From the NCBI GenBank assembly GCA_963718515.1, contig OY970354.1, positions 438,808 to 502,807 of the forward strand: a stretch of 64,000 nucleotides of DNA, written 5' to 3'. The position numbers and the translations under genes were made by a program. This DNA comes from an uncultured bacterium (GTDB lineage: Bacteria; Patescibacteriota; Minisyncoccia; UBA6257; 2-01-FULL-56-20). The notes under the pieces are model-generated. The model saw nothing but the letters and a program-made list of their open reading frames with translations. It was not told the origin of the DNA and ran no database searches. This document shows positions 49,132 to 57,995 of the stretch, piece after piece (positions within the stretch are counted from its first letter, which is position 1; every line of letters begins with the position of its first letter).

Positions 49132-51537
49132 ATGGTATTTTTTTATATATTTCTTGCGATCGTGCTCGGCGTCATCGCGGGTATCGCGGCATTTTTTATC
49201 ATTCGTACACTTATAAAACGGAAAATCATCGAGTCCCTGCAACTTTCGCTTTTTTTAATAAAAATTCCGAAGGCGGCGCCTGCGGACCAGTCGAATGGCG
49301 GCGCGGAGGGCAAGGACTTCAAAACGGAGCTCGCACATTTTGAGCAGCTGCTTGGCAGTTTAACTTCCATTAAGAAGCCGATCGTGTTCGAGATGGCAGT
49401 GCCGCATGTGGGCGAGGAAATCCACTTTTATATCGGCGTACCAAAGTTGTCCGCTGAGGTGGCCATGAAACAAATTCAAGGATTGTGGAATGGCGCGAGT
49501 GTGGAGCTCGTCCAAGACGATTTCAATATTTTCAACGCGAATGGCGCCACCGTCGCGGCATATGTCATGCAGAAAGAGAATCATGCATTGCCGATCCGCA
49601 CATACGCGGAGCTCGGCGTCGATTCGTTCGAGTCTATTATCGGCGCGTTCGCGAAGATCAGCGAGATCGGCGAGGGCGCATCGTTACAGCTCATCATGCG
49701 TCCCGCGCCGAGCGGATACAAAAAAGAGATATACCACCATATTGAATCATTAAAAAAAGGGGAATCGCTCAAGAAAGTTTTCGGACACGGGATGGCGGGC
49801 GGCGTTGGGGTATCCGATGTGGTGGAGGTATTTAACCCGAAAACAAAGGAAGAGAAGGCCGAGGAAAAGAGCGATCGCGTGGTGGATGACGAAGCGATCA
49901 AGACGCTCCAAGCAAAAGTGACGAAGCCGCTCTTTGAGGTGAATCTGCGGTTGGTCGCGTCCGCCGGGTCGCCGTTCCAGGCGAACGATATTCTGGATGG
50001 ACTTGCCGCCGGATTTAGCCAGTTCGGAAGCCCGATGCGCAACGATTTCCGTATCGTCAAACCTCGCAATCCAAAAGACCTCATCGATAGCTTTATTTAC
50101 CGCACGTTTGATGCCAGCAAGAAAATGATATTGTCGAGCGAGGAGATCGCGAGCATCTACCATTTGCCGATTTCGTCCACCGAGACGCCGCGCGTCAAAT
50201 GGCTCAAGTCAAAAGAGGCACCTCCACCGGATAACTTGCCGTCGAAAGGCTTGCTCGTAGGCGAGAGCGTCTTCCGCGGCGCGACGAAGCCAGTGTATAT
50301 CACGGACGACGACCGGCGGCGCCACGTCTACGTGATCGGCCAGACCGGCACGGGCAAATCCACACTGCTCGGCAATATGATCATTGAGGATATCCAAAAC
50401 GGCAAAGGCGTCGCGATCATCGATCCGCATGGCGATCTTGTGGAGAACGCGCTCGGCTTTGTGCCGAAGGAGCGGCTGGATGATGTGATCTACTTTAATC
50501 CTGGCGATCTTGAGCGCCCGCTCGGCCTCAATATGCTCGATTTCAACCCGGATCGTCCTGAGGAAAAAACGTTCATCGTAAACGAGATGCAGAGCATCTT
50601 CAATAAATTATTTTCACAGGAAACGATGGGCCCGATGTTCGAGCAGTATATGCGCAACGCGCTGCTCCTCATGATGGAGGACATGGCCAATGAACCGGCC
50701 ACGCTCGTGGAGGTTCCGCGCATTTTTACCGACAGTGCGTACCGCGCGCGCAAACTTGCGCGCATTCACAATCCCGTCGTCGTCGATTTTTGGGAAAAGG
50801 AAGCGGTCAAGGCCGGCGGCGAAGCGTCGCTCGCGAATATGACGCCGTACATCACGTCCAAATTCAATAACTTCATCTCGAACGATTACATGCGCCCGAT
50901 CATCGGCCAGCCGAAATCATCGTTCAACTTCCGTGACGTGATGGACAACCATAAAATATTGCTCATCAATCTTTCAAAAGGAAAGATAGGGGACATCAAC
51001 GCGGGACTGCTCGGCATGGTCTTCACGGGAAAGATCCTGATGGCCGCGCTCTCGCGCGTGGACATCGCGGACGCCGACAAGCGTCCCGACTTCAATCTCT
51101 ACATAGACGAGTTCCAGAACTTCACGACGGATTCGATCGCGACGATCCTTTCCGAAGCGCGTAAATACCGGTTGAACCTGACGATGGCGCACCAGTTCAT
51201 TGCACAGCTTACGGATAAAATAAAGGACGCCGTGTTTGGCAACGTCGGCTCAGAACTCGTCTTCCGCGTGGGCGTGCAGGACGCGGAATTTCTCGTAAAA
51301 CAGTTCGAACCCGCGTTCAACCAAAACGATCTTATCAATATCGACAACCTCAATGCTTATGCAAAAATTTTGATCAACGGGCAAACCTCAACGCCGTTCA
51401 ATCTCAAGATCGGCACCACTTCGTGGGGCGGTGGCAATAAGGAGCTGGCGGAAAAATTAAAAGAATATTCGCGCATGAAGTATGGCCAGGATCGGCAGGC
51501 CATCGAGGACGATATTTATCGCCGCTTGCGCGTGTAG
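49132..51537 (+). CDS. TraD/VirD4-like type IV coupling-protein family ATPase (membrane-anchored AAA/DUF87-like)
   Basis: 801 aa, intact. It has an N-terminal TM helix, Walker A VIGQTGTGKSTLL, AIIDPHGDL, Walker B LYIDEFQNF and a TMAHQ sensor-like motif. Confidence 0.75.
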   Translation: MVFFYIFLAIVLGVIAGIAAFFIIRTLIKRKIIESLQLSLFLIKIPKAAPADQSNGGAEGKDFKTELAHFEQLLGSLTSIKKPIVFEMAVPHVGEEIHFYIGVPKLSAEVAMKQIQGLWNGASVELVQDDFNIFNANGATVAAYVMQKENHALPIRTYAELGVDSFESIIGAFAKISEIGEGASLQLIMRPAPSGYKKEIYHHIESLKKGESLKKVFGHGMAGGVGVSDVVEVFNPKTKEEKAEEKSDRVVDDEAIKTLQAKVTKPLFEVNLRLVASAGSPFQANDILDGLAAGFSQFGSPMRNDFRIVKPRNPKDLIDSFIYRTFDASKKMILSSEEIASIYHLPISSTETPRVKWLKSKEAPPPDNLPSKGLLVGESVFRGATKPVYITDDDRRRHVYVIGQTGTGKSTLLGNMIIEDIQNGKGVAIIDPHGDLVENALGFVPKERLDDVIYFNPGDLERPLGLNMLDFNPDRPEEKTFIVNEMQSIFNKLFSQETMGPMFEQYMRNALLLMMEDMANEPATLVEVPRIFTDSAYRARKLARIHNPVVVDFWEKEAVKAGGEASLANMTPYITSKFNNFISNDYMRPIIGQPKSSFNFRDVMDNHKILLINLSKGKIGDINAGLLGMVFTGKILMAALSRVDIADADKRPDFNLYIDEFQNFTTDSIATILSEARKYRLNLTMAHQFIAQLTDKIKDAVFGNVGSELVFRVGVQDAEFLVKQFEPAFNQNDLINIDNLNAYAKILINGQTSTPFNLKIGTTSWGGGNKELAEKLKEYSRMKYGQDRQAIEDDIYRRLRV

Positions 51538-51547
51538 GGCACTCTTA

Positions 51548-52804
51548 CTACATCCTCAGCCACGCTTTCAATGCTTTCCCTGGCGGCATGATGCCCCTAA
51601 GATAATTCAGTTCCACGAGACGGCTGAATGCCCAGCCGAGCCAGCCGGAAAAGATGAGTGCGCCGAACTTTGCCACTGCCCAATTGTCGCCGATCGGAAT
51701 GATATACGTGTAGATCGTCAGGCTGTTCGGAATATAGATGCTTGGCCTCGCCACGTACGCGGGCATCTCCGCCTTTTTTATTTCTTCCAAAAGATTATGC
51801 GCAGCCACCTGCGCCTCTGTGACGGCCGCATGCACGACAGCCGGCACCGGCTTTTGGGTCTTTGGATTCACGAAGCAGACGTTATCGCCGATACCATAGA
51901 TCATTGGCGCGAGCTTAAGATCCGGCGTCCCCGGCAGGCACTCCATACCGCTTTGCGTTACCGCTTTTCCGCGTGGCTCTTTTTGGAGCGGAGCAGAAGC
52001 GAGCACATCCGGCGTTTTTGTGCCGCCGGTCCAGACGAATACATCAAAAGGAATATTCATCGCGTTTGGATTCACCGCATCGCCTACGGAGATTCCGTTT
52101 TCCGAAACGGAAGATATTTTCATTCCCGCCATGACTTTAATATTCAGCTTCGCCAGACGTCGCATGGCGATCGCAACGACACTCAGATCGAATCCCGGCA
52201 GGAGCGTGGGCATCGCCTCCACGATAGAGACGGAAACGTGCAGGTTGGGATTTTTTCTCTCTTCCACGTTTGCCCACAAGCGGAGTTCCGCCGCGAGCTC
52301 AATGCCATTCGGTCCGCCGCCGCCGGCGACGATTGCCACGGCGCCGCCCTTTGCGAACGCCGCCGCCGCCGCAGTGCGTACCTCCACCGCGCTCTCGATC
52401 GTTTTAAGCTGGAGCGCGTGCTCTTTTAGGCCCGGAATCCCAAAATAGTTCGTTTCGGATCCGAGCGCGATCACAAGATAATCCGCGTTAATGGTGCGGC
52501 CATCCTTCAATACGATCCTGCCGGTCGTGACGTCGGGTGATGTTATTTCGCCCTCGACGAAAGTTATCGGAAAGCCTTTTACCAATTCGGTGATATCATA
52601 CGAGCACGTATTCTCGTGCTCAGGTTCCGGCCGTGCGGCCACTTTGTAGAGCAAGGGAGTGAATGTGTGGCAGTCGTTTCGGTCGATGAGCGTCACTTGG
52701 TATTTTTCGAGCAACTTTACGCGCTCCAATCCTTTTGCGATATCCATCGCCGCGCGCAGGCCGCCAAACCCGGCGCCGAGGATCACGACATTCTTTTTAT
52801 CCAT
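51548..52804 (-). CDS. ndh: type II NADH dehydrogenase-like FAD-dependent pyridine nucleotide-disulfide oxidoreductase
   Basis: The ORF runs to 52813, but TATAAT (52817-52812) overlaps that ATG. The second ATG (52804) is 7 nt after the -10 box and gives MDKKNVVILGAGFGG (GxGxxG). A second dinucleotide fold, VAIVAGGGGPNGIE, is present. Confidence 0.85.
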   Translation of the reverse strand: MDKKNVVILGAGFGGLRAAMDIAKGLERVKLLEKYQVTLIDRNDCHTFTPLLYKVAARPEPEHENTCSYDITELVKGFPITFVEGEITSPDVTTGRIVLKDGRTINADYLVIALGSETNYFGIPGLKEHALQLKTIESAVEVRTAAAAAFAKGGAVAIVAGGGGPNGIELAAELRLWANVEERKNPNLHVSVSIVEAMPTLLPGFDLSVVAIAMRRLAKLNIKVMAGMKISSVSENGISVGDAVNPNAMNIPFDVFVWTGGTKTPDVLASAPLQKEPRGKAVTQSGMECLPGTPDLKLAPMIYGIGDNVCFVNPKTQKPVPAVVHAAVTEAQVAAHNLLEEIKKAEMPAYVARPSIYIPNSLTIYTYIIPIGDNWAVAKFGALIFSGWLGWAFSRLVELNYLRGIMPPGKALKAWLRM

Positions 52805-52823
52805 ATGCTTCATTATACCCTAC

Positions 52824-52851
52824 TTGACAGGAATAATGCCTATGCTATAAT
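52824..52851 (+). promoter_or_regulatory. strong promoter TTGACA-16-(TG)cTATAAT
   Basis: TTGACA at 52824-52829, TG at 52843-52844 and TATAAT at 52846-52851. The extended -10 TGCTATAAT is the same as at the rnpB promoter. Confidence 0.6.
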
Positions 52852-52857
52852 GCACAA

Positions 52858-53170
52858 AGAACGCAGGCACATAGTTTCACTATCCTAGTGTCGCTCGTGC
52901 CACTGGTTCCTACTAGTTTTACATCTGTCCGGTTGGACGTCTGCAGAGAGAGCTCTGCCATGGATGGCTTGTCTGGAAAGCCGCTCAGGACGCTTCAATG
53001 AGTGTATGCCTCGCCGGGTGCGTACTAGGTGGAGAAAGGGCGCTTCACCGAACTTTGCGAAGGCCCGCAGGGACTGGAGGCTTCTCATTGCTCCATCTGA
53101 TGATATGGTCCAGATATCGGATCGTTGGTCCCAAACGCGAGGGCAGTCACTGTTGTGGCTGCCCTTTCTT
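52858..53170 (+). ncRNA. candidate ~310 nt structured RNA, unclassified
   Basis: It is bounded by the 52824-52851 promoter and the terminator GGGCAG-tcactgttgtgg-CTGCCC+TTTCTT (53143-53170). No credible ORF or RBS is present. Hairpins include GCAGAG-agag-CTCTGC (52943-52958), GGCT...AGCC, GGTG...CACC, GGGCgCTTC...GAAGGCCC and TGGAG...CTCCA. There is also long-range pairing between CCTAGTGT (52885) and GTACTAGG (53022). Confidence 0.45.
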
Positions 53171-53171
53171 A

Positions 53172-53200
53172 TTGACATATTTTTATATTAAGGATATAAT
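53172..53200 (+). promoter_or_regulatory. consensus promoter TTGACA-17-TATAAT
   Basis: TTGACA at 53172-53177 and TATAAT at 53195-53200, upstream of the ORF starting at 53247. Confidence 0.6.
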
Positions 53201-53246
53201 CTTTCTAGGACATTGTATCGCGTTCATACGCGGAAAAGGGGGTTAT

Positions 53247-53852
53247 ATGGGGAAGAAGATAAGGAAGATCGGATTGGTTTCAAGGTATGGGATGGGATAT
53301 TTTGACATCGTTCCAGCAATGAAGAGTTGGAATGCCCTCCTGGCCATCGTTCCCGGGCTCATCGGATTCAAACCGTCGAAAGAGTGTTTGCAGGCATGGG
53401 GCAATGCAGACAAGCTTTTCAAGCGCTTTGAAAAGAAGACCGGCGCCCATAACCTCGTCGATGCGGCGGCGAAGATATATAGAACAGTCAGCGCGGCGCT
53501 CGATCGGGAAATGGGTATTTTCGTCAAAGGTTATTTTTCGGTGGCCCTGGGAAGTTTCATGGCATTACCGATCAATCCCGATCCCATCGCTATAGATCTT
53601 CGGTCGGGCATTCTGCCGGATCTTCGCGCTCTTGCAGTAATTGCTTCGCGAGGTCACATTTCCATGGATGAATTACGCCAGGCGGCAGAACTCATCAAGA
53701 AAGTGCACAAGCCTCTCATTGCCTTGATCGTCCTTCACATGAATTACTGCTCCTGTCTTCGGCGGCACGATGTGTGTCGCGAATACATCGAGCGGTACGT
53801 ATCTACACACAACAGCCCCCGACGCGCCAAGCGTCGGGGGCTTTCACTATTC
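53247..53852 (+). CDS. hypothetical protein (end uncertain; reads in frame into pgk in this assembly)
   Basis: MGKKIRKIGLVSRYGMGYFDIV... with AGGGGG upstream of the ATG. There is no stop in frame before pgk. A +1 register gives TAA at 53850-53852, just after the hairpin CCCCCGACGC-gccaa-GCGTCGGGGG (53816-53840). A run-length error in C5 or G5 is suspected. Confidence 0.45.
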
Positions 53853-53894
53853 AATAAGTGGCATGCTCTTTTTATTTCTGATACCATTAAGCAG

Positions 53895-55013
53895 ATGATT
53901 CATTACCTTAGCGCCGCGCGTCCCAAGGCGCTTACGGGAACGGCTCTGCTTCGTCTTGATTTCAATACCAAAGACGACTGGCGGATGCGCGCGGTTATGC
54001 CCACGATTAAATTATTATTAAAGGTTTCTCGACATATTGTCATTATTAGTCACCGCGGCCGGCCGAACGGGTTTGATAAGAAATTCAGCCTCAAGGGCGA
54101 TGCGGCAAAATTGTCGGGATTACTTGGCGGGAAAAAGGTGACTTTCATAAATCATTTCCGCTTCGCGGAGATCAAAAAGCAGGTCGCCGCCGCCCCGCGT
54201 GGTTCGATATTCTTGTTGGATAATTTAAGATTTTTGCCGGGCGAAGAAAAAAATGATCCGGCGCTCGCAAAACAACTTGCGTCGCTCGCGGATTTTTACG
54301 TGAACGACGCTTTTGCCGTCTCGCATCGCGCGAATGCATCCGTCGTCGCCATCACAAAGTTTTTGCCGAACTACGCGGGCATCGAACTCGAGCGCGAGAT
54401 TATATCCCTCTCGAAGGCGATACTCGCACCCAAGCATCCGGTGGTGCTCATACTCGGCGGCGCAAAAGCATCGGATAAGTTGGGTGTCATCACTTATTTT
54501 AAAAATAAAGCGGATCGCTTTTTACTTGGCGGAGGGTGCGCTAACACGATCCTTTGGCTTGGCGGTATGGATGTAAAGAAGTCTGTTAAGGACGGCGATC
54601 CGAAAGAACTTCCCGTACTGAAGAAGATAGCTAAATATAAAAGTGTGGTGCTACCCACGGATTTTGTATGGGGCACCGTTGCGGGCGATACTGCAAAAAA
54701 TACTAAAATATTGGATGTCGGCCCGAGTACCATCCGAGCATTCAATAAAGATATCGCGGCGGCACGCACCATCATTTGGAGCGGTCCACTCGGCCTTATT
54801 GAAAAAAAGCAGTACGCTAAGGCGAGCGTCGCCATCGCGCGCGCGATCGGCCGCAATCGCCGCGCATTTTCCGTTTCCGGCGGGGGAGAGACGGTGATGT
54901 TCCTCAAACAGTATGGGCTCGATAAAAAATTCAGCTTTATCTCAACGGGCGGTGGTGCGATGGTGGACTTTCTCGCCGGGAAAAAATTGCCGGGGATAGA
55001 GGCCCTGAAATAA
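53895..55013 (+). CDS. pgk: phosphoglycerate kinase
   Basis: The start was set at ATG 53895 (MIHYLSAARPKALTGTALLRLDFN). Motifs are VIISHRGRP, FLLDNLRF, VNDAFAVSHR, WSGPLG and STGGGA. The length of 372 aa is normal for PGK. Confidence 0.9.
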   Translation: MIHYLSAARPKALTGTALLRLDFNTKDDWRMRAVMPTIKLLLKVSRHIVIISHRGRPNGFDKKFSLKGDAAKLSGLLGGKKVTFINHFRFAEIKKQVAAAPRGSIFLLDNLRFLPGEEKNDPALAKQLASLADFYVNDAFAVSHRANASVVAITKFLPNYAGIELEREIISLSKAILAPKHPVVLILGGAKASDKLGVITYFKNKADRFLLGGGCANTILWLGGMDVKKSVKDGDPKELPVLKKIAKYKSVVLPTDFVWGTVAGDTAKNTKILDVGPSTIRAFNKDIAAARTIIWSGPLGLIEKKQYAKASVAIARAIGRNRRAFSVSGGGETVMFLKQYGLDKKFSFISTGGGAMVDFLAGKKLPGIEALK

Positions 55014-55026
55014 TGATAGAAATAAT

Positions 55027-55914
55027 ATGAAGCGATCTTTAGTAAAACCTCCGCGCCAAAAAATAGTGGTCATCTACCATGGCAAATGTCCGGATGGGTT
55101 TGGTGGTGCATGGGCCGCATGGAAAAAATTTGGTTCGAAGGCCGCATATTTGCCCGCGCGCGACCGTTCCGCACCGCCCACGGTGCTCAAAAATAAAATA
55201 GTGTACCTTATTGATTACACCTACGAGGGGCCTATCGTCAAAAAGCTCATCAAAGATAATATTCGGGTGACGGCGATCGACCATCATATCAGCCAGAAGG
55301 AATTTACGATGATGACCGAAAAACCGCTGTACGATGTGCGGCACTCCGGCGCCGTGCTTGCGTGGAATTATTTCCATCCGGGCAAGCCCGTGCCCGCACT
55401 CCTTCGTTATATTGAGGACCGCGATATCTGGAAGTGGAAGATTCCGCACTCCAAGGAACTTTTAACATTCGTGGACCTTGCGCCGCTTGACTTCAAGGCG
55501 TGGAGTCAGCTTGCGAAAGAATTGGACGATCCGCGGACCCATGCCGTCAATATAAAAAAGGGGACATTACTGGAATTATATTACCGGTCGCTCTATAAAA
55601 AACTTTTGCCAAACGCAGAGTTCGTAAAGTTTGCCGGAAAGAAGATCTACGCACTCAACTGCCCGTATTATTTTGCGGACGATCTTGGCCATGAGCTTGC
55701 CTTGAAGACGCATTCGTTCGCTCTGTTATGGAACGAATCGGGAGGCAGGATCCGTTGCTCGCTCCGCTCGGTGGGCCGGATTGACGTCGCAAAGATCGCA
55801 AAGAAATATGGCGGCGGAGGACATACGCAATCGTCGGGTTTCTCGTTTCCGGTCGGAAAGAGAACGCCATGGAAACTTCTGCCGTCGGCCTTTAGCAAAG
55901 AACGTATCTCGTAA
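55027..55914 (+). CDS. DHH/DHHA1 family phosphoesterase (NrnA-like)
   Basis: 295 aa with VIYHGKCPDGFGGA, AIDHH and the DHHA1 motif GGGGHTQSSGF. Confidence 0.75.
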   Translation: MKRSLVKPPRQKIVVIYHGKCPDGFGGAWAAWKKFGSKAAYLPARDRSAPPTVLKNKIVYLIDYTYEGPIVKKLIKDNIRVTAIDHHISQKEFTMMTEKPLYDVRHSGAVLAWNYFHPGKPVPALLRYIEDRDIWKWKIPHSKELLTFVDLAPLDFKAWSQLAKELDDPRTHAVNIKKGTLLELYYRSLYKKLLPNAEFVKFAGKKIYALNCPYYFADDLGHELALKTHSFALLWNESGGRIRCSLRSVGRIDVAKIAKKYGGGGHTQSSGFSFPVGKRTPWKLLPSAFSKERIS

Positions 55915-55931
55915 TATCCGCCCCATACGCC

Positions 55932-56585
55932 ATGCCTCCTAAGAAGAAAAAATTCTATGCATACTTTGTGCCTGTTTTTGGTATAAAAACGGCGGGCAGT
56001 AGCAAGGGTAAAAGCGGTGTCGTCGACAACTGGGCCGCATGCGAAAAAATGGTGTCGGGTAAGGTGGGTGCGCGGTTCAAGGCGTTCGATAACAGGGCCA
56101 ATGCCGAGGCGTGGCTTGCGCAAGGAGCGATGTATGAAGAGCGCGCGCCGAAGGCGCGGCCGAAACTCCAGCCCGGGATTTATTTTGATGCGGGCACCGG
56201 CCGCGGCGCGGGCGTGGAGATCAGCGTGACCGACGAGCGTGGCAAAAACCTTCTCCATAAAGCGCTCTCCCGCGCGGAGCTGAACAAGTTTGGCAAACAT
56301 CTGCTCGGCGATGCGGCGGCAACCAACAACTATGGCGAGCTCCTCGCGCTTCGCTATGCGATCGATATCGCCCGCGCAACGCGCGTAAAAAAAATCTTCG
56401 GCGACAGCAAGCTCGTCATCGAGTTCTGGTCGCAGTGGCGGATCAAGCGCAAAGACCTCCCCGAGGAGACGGTCGCGCTCGCGGACGAGGTGTCGCGCGT
56501 GCGCGAAGCATTCGAAAAGATCGGCGGCACCATAGAGCGCATCTCCGGCGACTTCAATCCCGCGGATCTGGGATTCCATAGATAG
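55932..56585 (+). CDS. rnhA: ribonuclease H1 with N-terminal hybrid-binding (viroplasmin-type) domain
   Basis: 217 aa with the N-terminus KFYAYF...GVVDNWAACEKMVSGKVGARFKAFDNRANAEAWL. The RNase H core has YFDAGTG, NNYGELLALRYAIDIA and IFGDSKLVI. Confidence 0.75.
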   Translation: MPPKKKKFYAYFVPVFGIKTAGSSKGKSGVVDNWAACEKMVSGKVGARFKAFDNRANAEAWLAQGAMYEERAPKARPKLQPGIYFDAGTGRGAGVEISVTDERGKNLLHKALSRAELNKFGKHLLGDAAATNNYGELLALRYAIDIARATRVKKIFGDSKLVIEFWSQWRIKRKDLPEETVALADEVSRVREAFEKIGGTIERISGDFNPADLGFHR

Positions 56586-56642
56586 AAAAAGCGGCGACAT
56601 CGTGGGGATGCGCCGCCGGGTGGGTGGCTGTTGAGGCAGTGA

Positions 56643-56936
56643 TCAGTGGTGAGCAGGGGGTGCGTGATGCACGGTAAATAGATCCCGCACGGAGACGTCG
56701 AGCGCCACGCCGAGCCGGATGAGTTCTCCGAGGGTCGGATTTCCATTGCCCCATTCTATGGCGCGCATTTTGCTTACTTTGATGTGTGCCCGATGTGCAA
56801 GTTTGATCTGGGTGAGCTTCAATGCATATCGCCTACGCTGAACATTTTTTGCGAGAACATCCGCAGTGCCGGGGTGGTGATGGTGTTTGAGAACACGAGG
56901 CTCATGTGACGGCTCGTGGAGATCATCTGGGTGCAC
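56643..56936 (-). CDS. XRE-family helix-turn-helix protein (GTG start)
   Basis: 97 aa with LAKNVQRRRYALKLTQIKLAHRAHIKVSKMRAIEWGNGNPTLGELIRLGVALDVSVRDLF. GGAGG lies 9 nt upstream of the GTG. Confidence 0.7.
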   Translation of the reverse strand: MHPDDLHEPSHEPRVLKHHHHPGTADVLAKNVQRRRYALKLTQIKLAHRAHIKVSKMRAIEWGNGNPTLGELIRLGVALDVSVRDLFTVHHAPPAHH

Positions 56937-57016
56937 TTTCTACTGCCTCCGTTTGAGTTGGGATTTTTCGAAAAAAAGCAGACTTTATGATACGGCATCC
57001 ATCCGGCATGTCAATA

Positions 57017-57054
57017 AGAAAAAGCCGACGCTGGGGGCGTCGGCTTCGTTTTAT
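57017..57054. terminator. bidirectional terminator
   Basis: AAGCCGACGC-tgggg-GCGTCGGCTT flanked by an A-run and a T-run, directly after the stop of 57073-57414(-). Confidence 0.7.
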
Positions 57055-57072
57055 GAAGCGCAAAGAACGATC

Positions 57073-57414
57073 TCACACTCCTTCCGTGAGAAACGCCACT
57101 CTAATGCCCACGCTCCACAGGGATTCGAGGGAAGTAGTCGCTCCGCAATTGATCTCTTCGCCTTCCTTCGTAAAGGCCGGCGCCTGCGCAAGCTTGTGGA
57201 GAGCTCTGACCGTTACTTGCTCTTCCGCTTTGCGCCCTGTCTGCAGAGCCCGGATGGTGGACGGCCTCAGTCCGCACCGATCCGCAATGGCTTGAGTGTT
57301 GGTAAACTTTCCTTTTCCGCAAAGCCGGATGAAATCCTCACCGAAATCGGTGCGGAGCTGTTGTCGCCGTTCTTCGGAAACTTGTGGTCTACCTTCAAGA
57401 ACAACATCAGACAT
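57073..57414 (-). CDS. HTH-containing small protein (XRE-like)
   Basis: The start was set at ATG 57412-57414 (MSDVVLEGRP...) with GGAGA 6 nt upstream. The HTH-like segment is FTNTQAIADRCGLRPSTIRALQTGRK. Confidence 0.6.
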   Translation of the reverse strand: MSDVVLEGRPQVSEERRQQLRTDFGEDFIRLCGKGKFTNTQAIADRCGLRPSTIRALQTGRKAEEQVTVRALHKLAQAPAFTKEGEEINCGATTSLESLWSVGIRVAFLTEGV

Positions 57415-57485
57415 GGTTTCTCCTCTGCGACCCGGGATGCGTGCTGAACTGTCTTTCATCGTACCGCGTGCTCTACTATTGTCAA

Positions 57486-57524
57486 TAAAAAACCGGCGCT
57501 CGCGATCATGCGCGCGCCGGTTTT
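57486..57524. terminator. bidirectional terminator
   Basis: AAAAAACCGGCGC...GCGCCGGTTTT after the stop of 57538-57906(-). Confidence 0.7.
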
Positions 57525-57537
57525 GGCCGGATCCTCT

Positions 57538-57906
57538 CTAGCCGGATCTTTTGAGGAGGGGAATGAATGTCATCTCGGCTTCCATGTTGAAGAGCGTGCC
57601 AAGGGTTGTCGTGTGGTTCCAATTGCCGTTCTTGGCATCCACGTGGAACGTATGGCTGCAGACCTCTGCGATCCTATGCATCTTAGCAACCGTGAGGTGT
57701 GGGCCCGTCGTTTTGCCTGCTTCTATCCTTGCGATGATGGGAAGGCTTACCTTCGCCGCCATGCTGAGGGCGTACTTGGTTTGAAATCCCGCCGCGACGC
57801 GCACTTCTGTGAATTTTTCTCCCAGCTCAGCGCGCGCGACTGACCGCTTGGCCTCCTTGTCGTCCGGCCCGTTCTCGTCCGATAGCTTTCTAAACTTTCT
57901 GCTCAC
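57538..57906 (-). CDS. HTH-containing small protein (XRE-like, GTG start)
   Basis: 122 aa with AAGGAG 5 nt upstream of the GTG. The HTH-like segment is FQTKYALSMAAKVSLPIIARIEAGKTTGPHLTVAKMHRIAEV. Confidence 0.6.
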   Translation of the reverse strand: MSRKFRKLSDENGPDDKEAKRSVARAELGEKFTEVRVAAGFQTKYALSMAAKVSLPIIARIEAGKTTGPHLTVAKMHRIAEVCSHTFHVDAKNGNWNHTTTLGTLFNMEAEMTFIPLLKRSG

Positions 57907-57960
57907 ATTGCTCTCCTTAGGTTGATGTGCCGCGTTCCATCATTACACCATGCGCCATTC

Positions 57961-57989
57961 TTGTCAATTTTCATCGCGCGTGCTATAAT
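57961..57989 (+). promoter_or_regulatory. rnpB promoter TTGTCA-17-(TG)cTATAAT
   Basis: TTGTCA at 57961-57966 and TGCTATAAT at 57981-57989. Confidence 0.65.
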
Positions 57990-57995
57990 CTTTTT

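Noticed and set aside
52998-53246. 5' extension of the 671 aa ORF, and the 75/97 aa ORFs at 52885-53191.
   Set aside because: There is no RBS, the composition is Arg-rich, and they span a promoter, a terminator and a second promoter. The region is better explained as a non-coding RNA unit followed by an independent gene.
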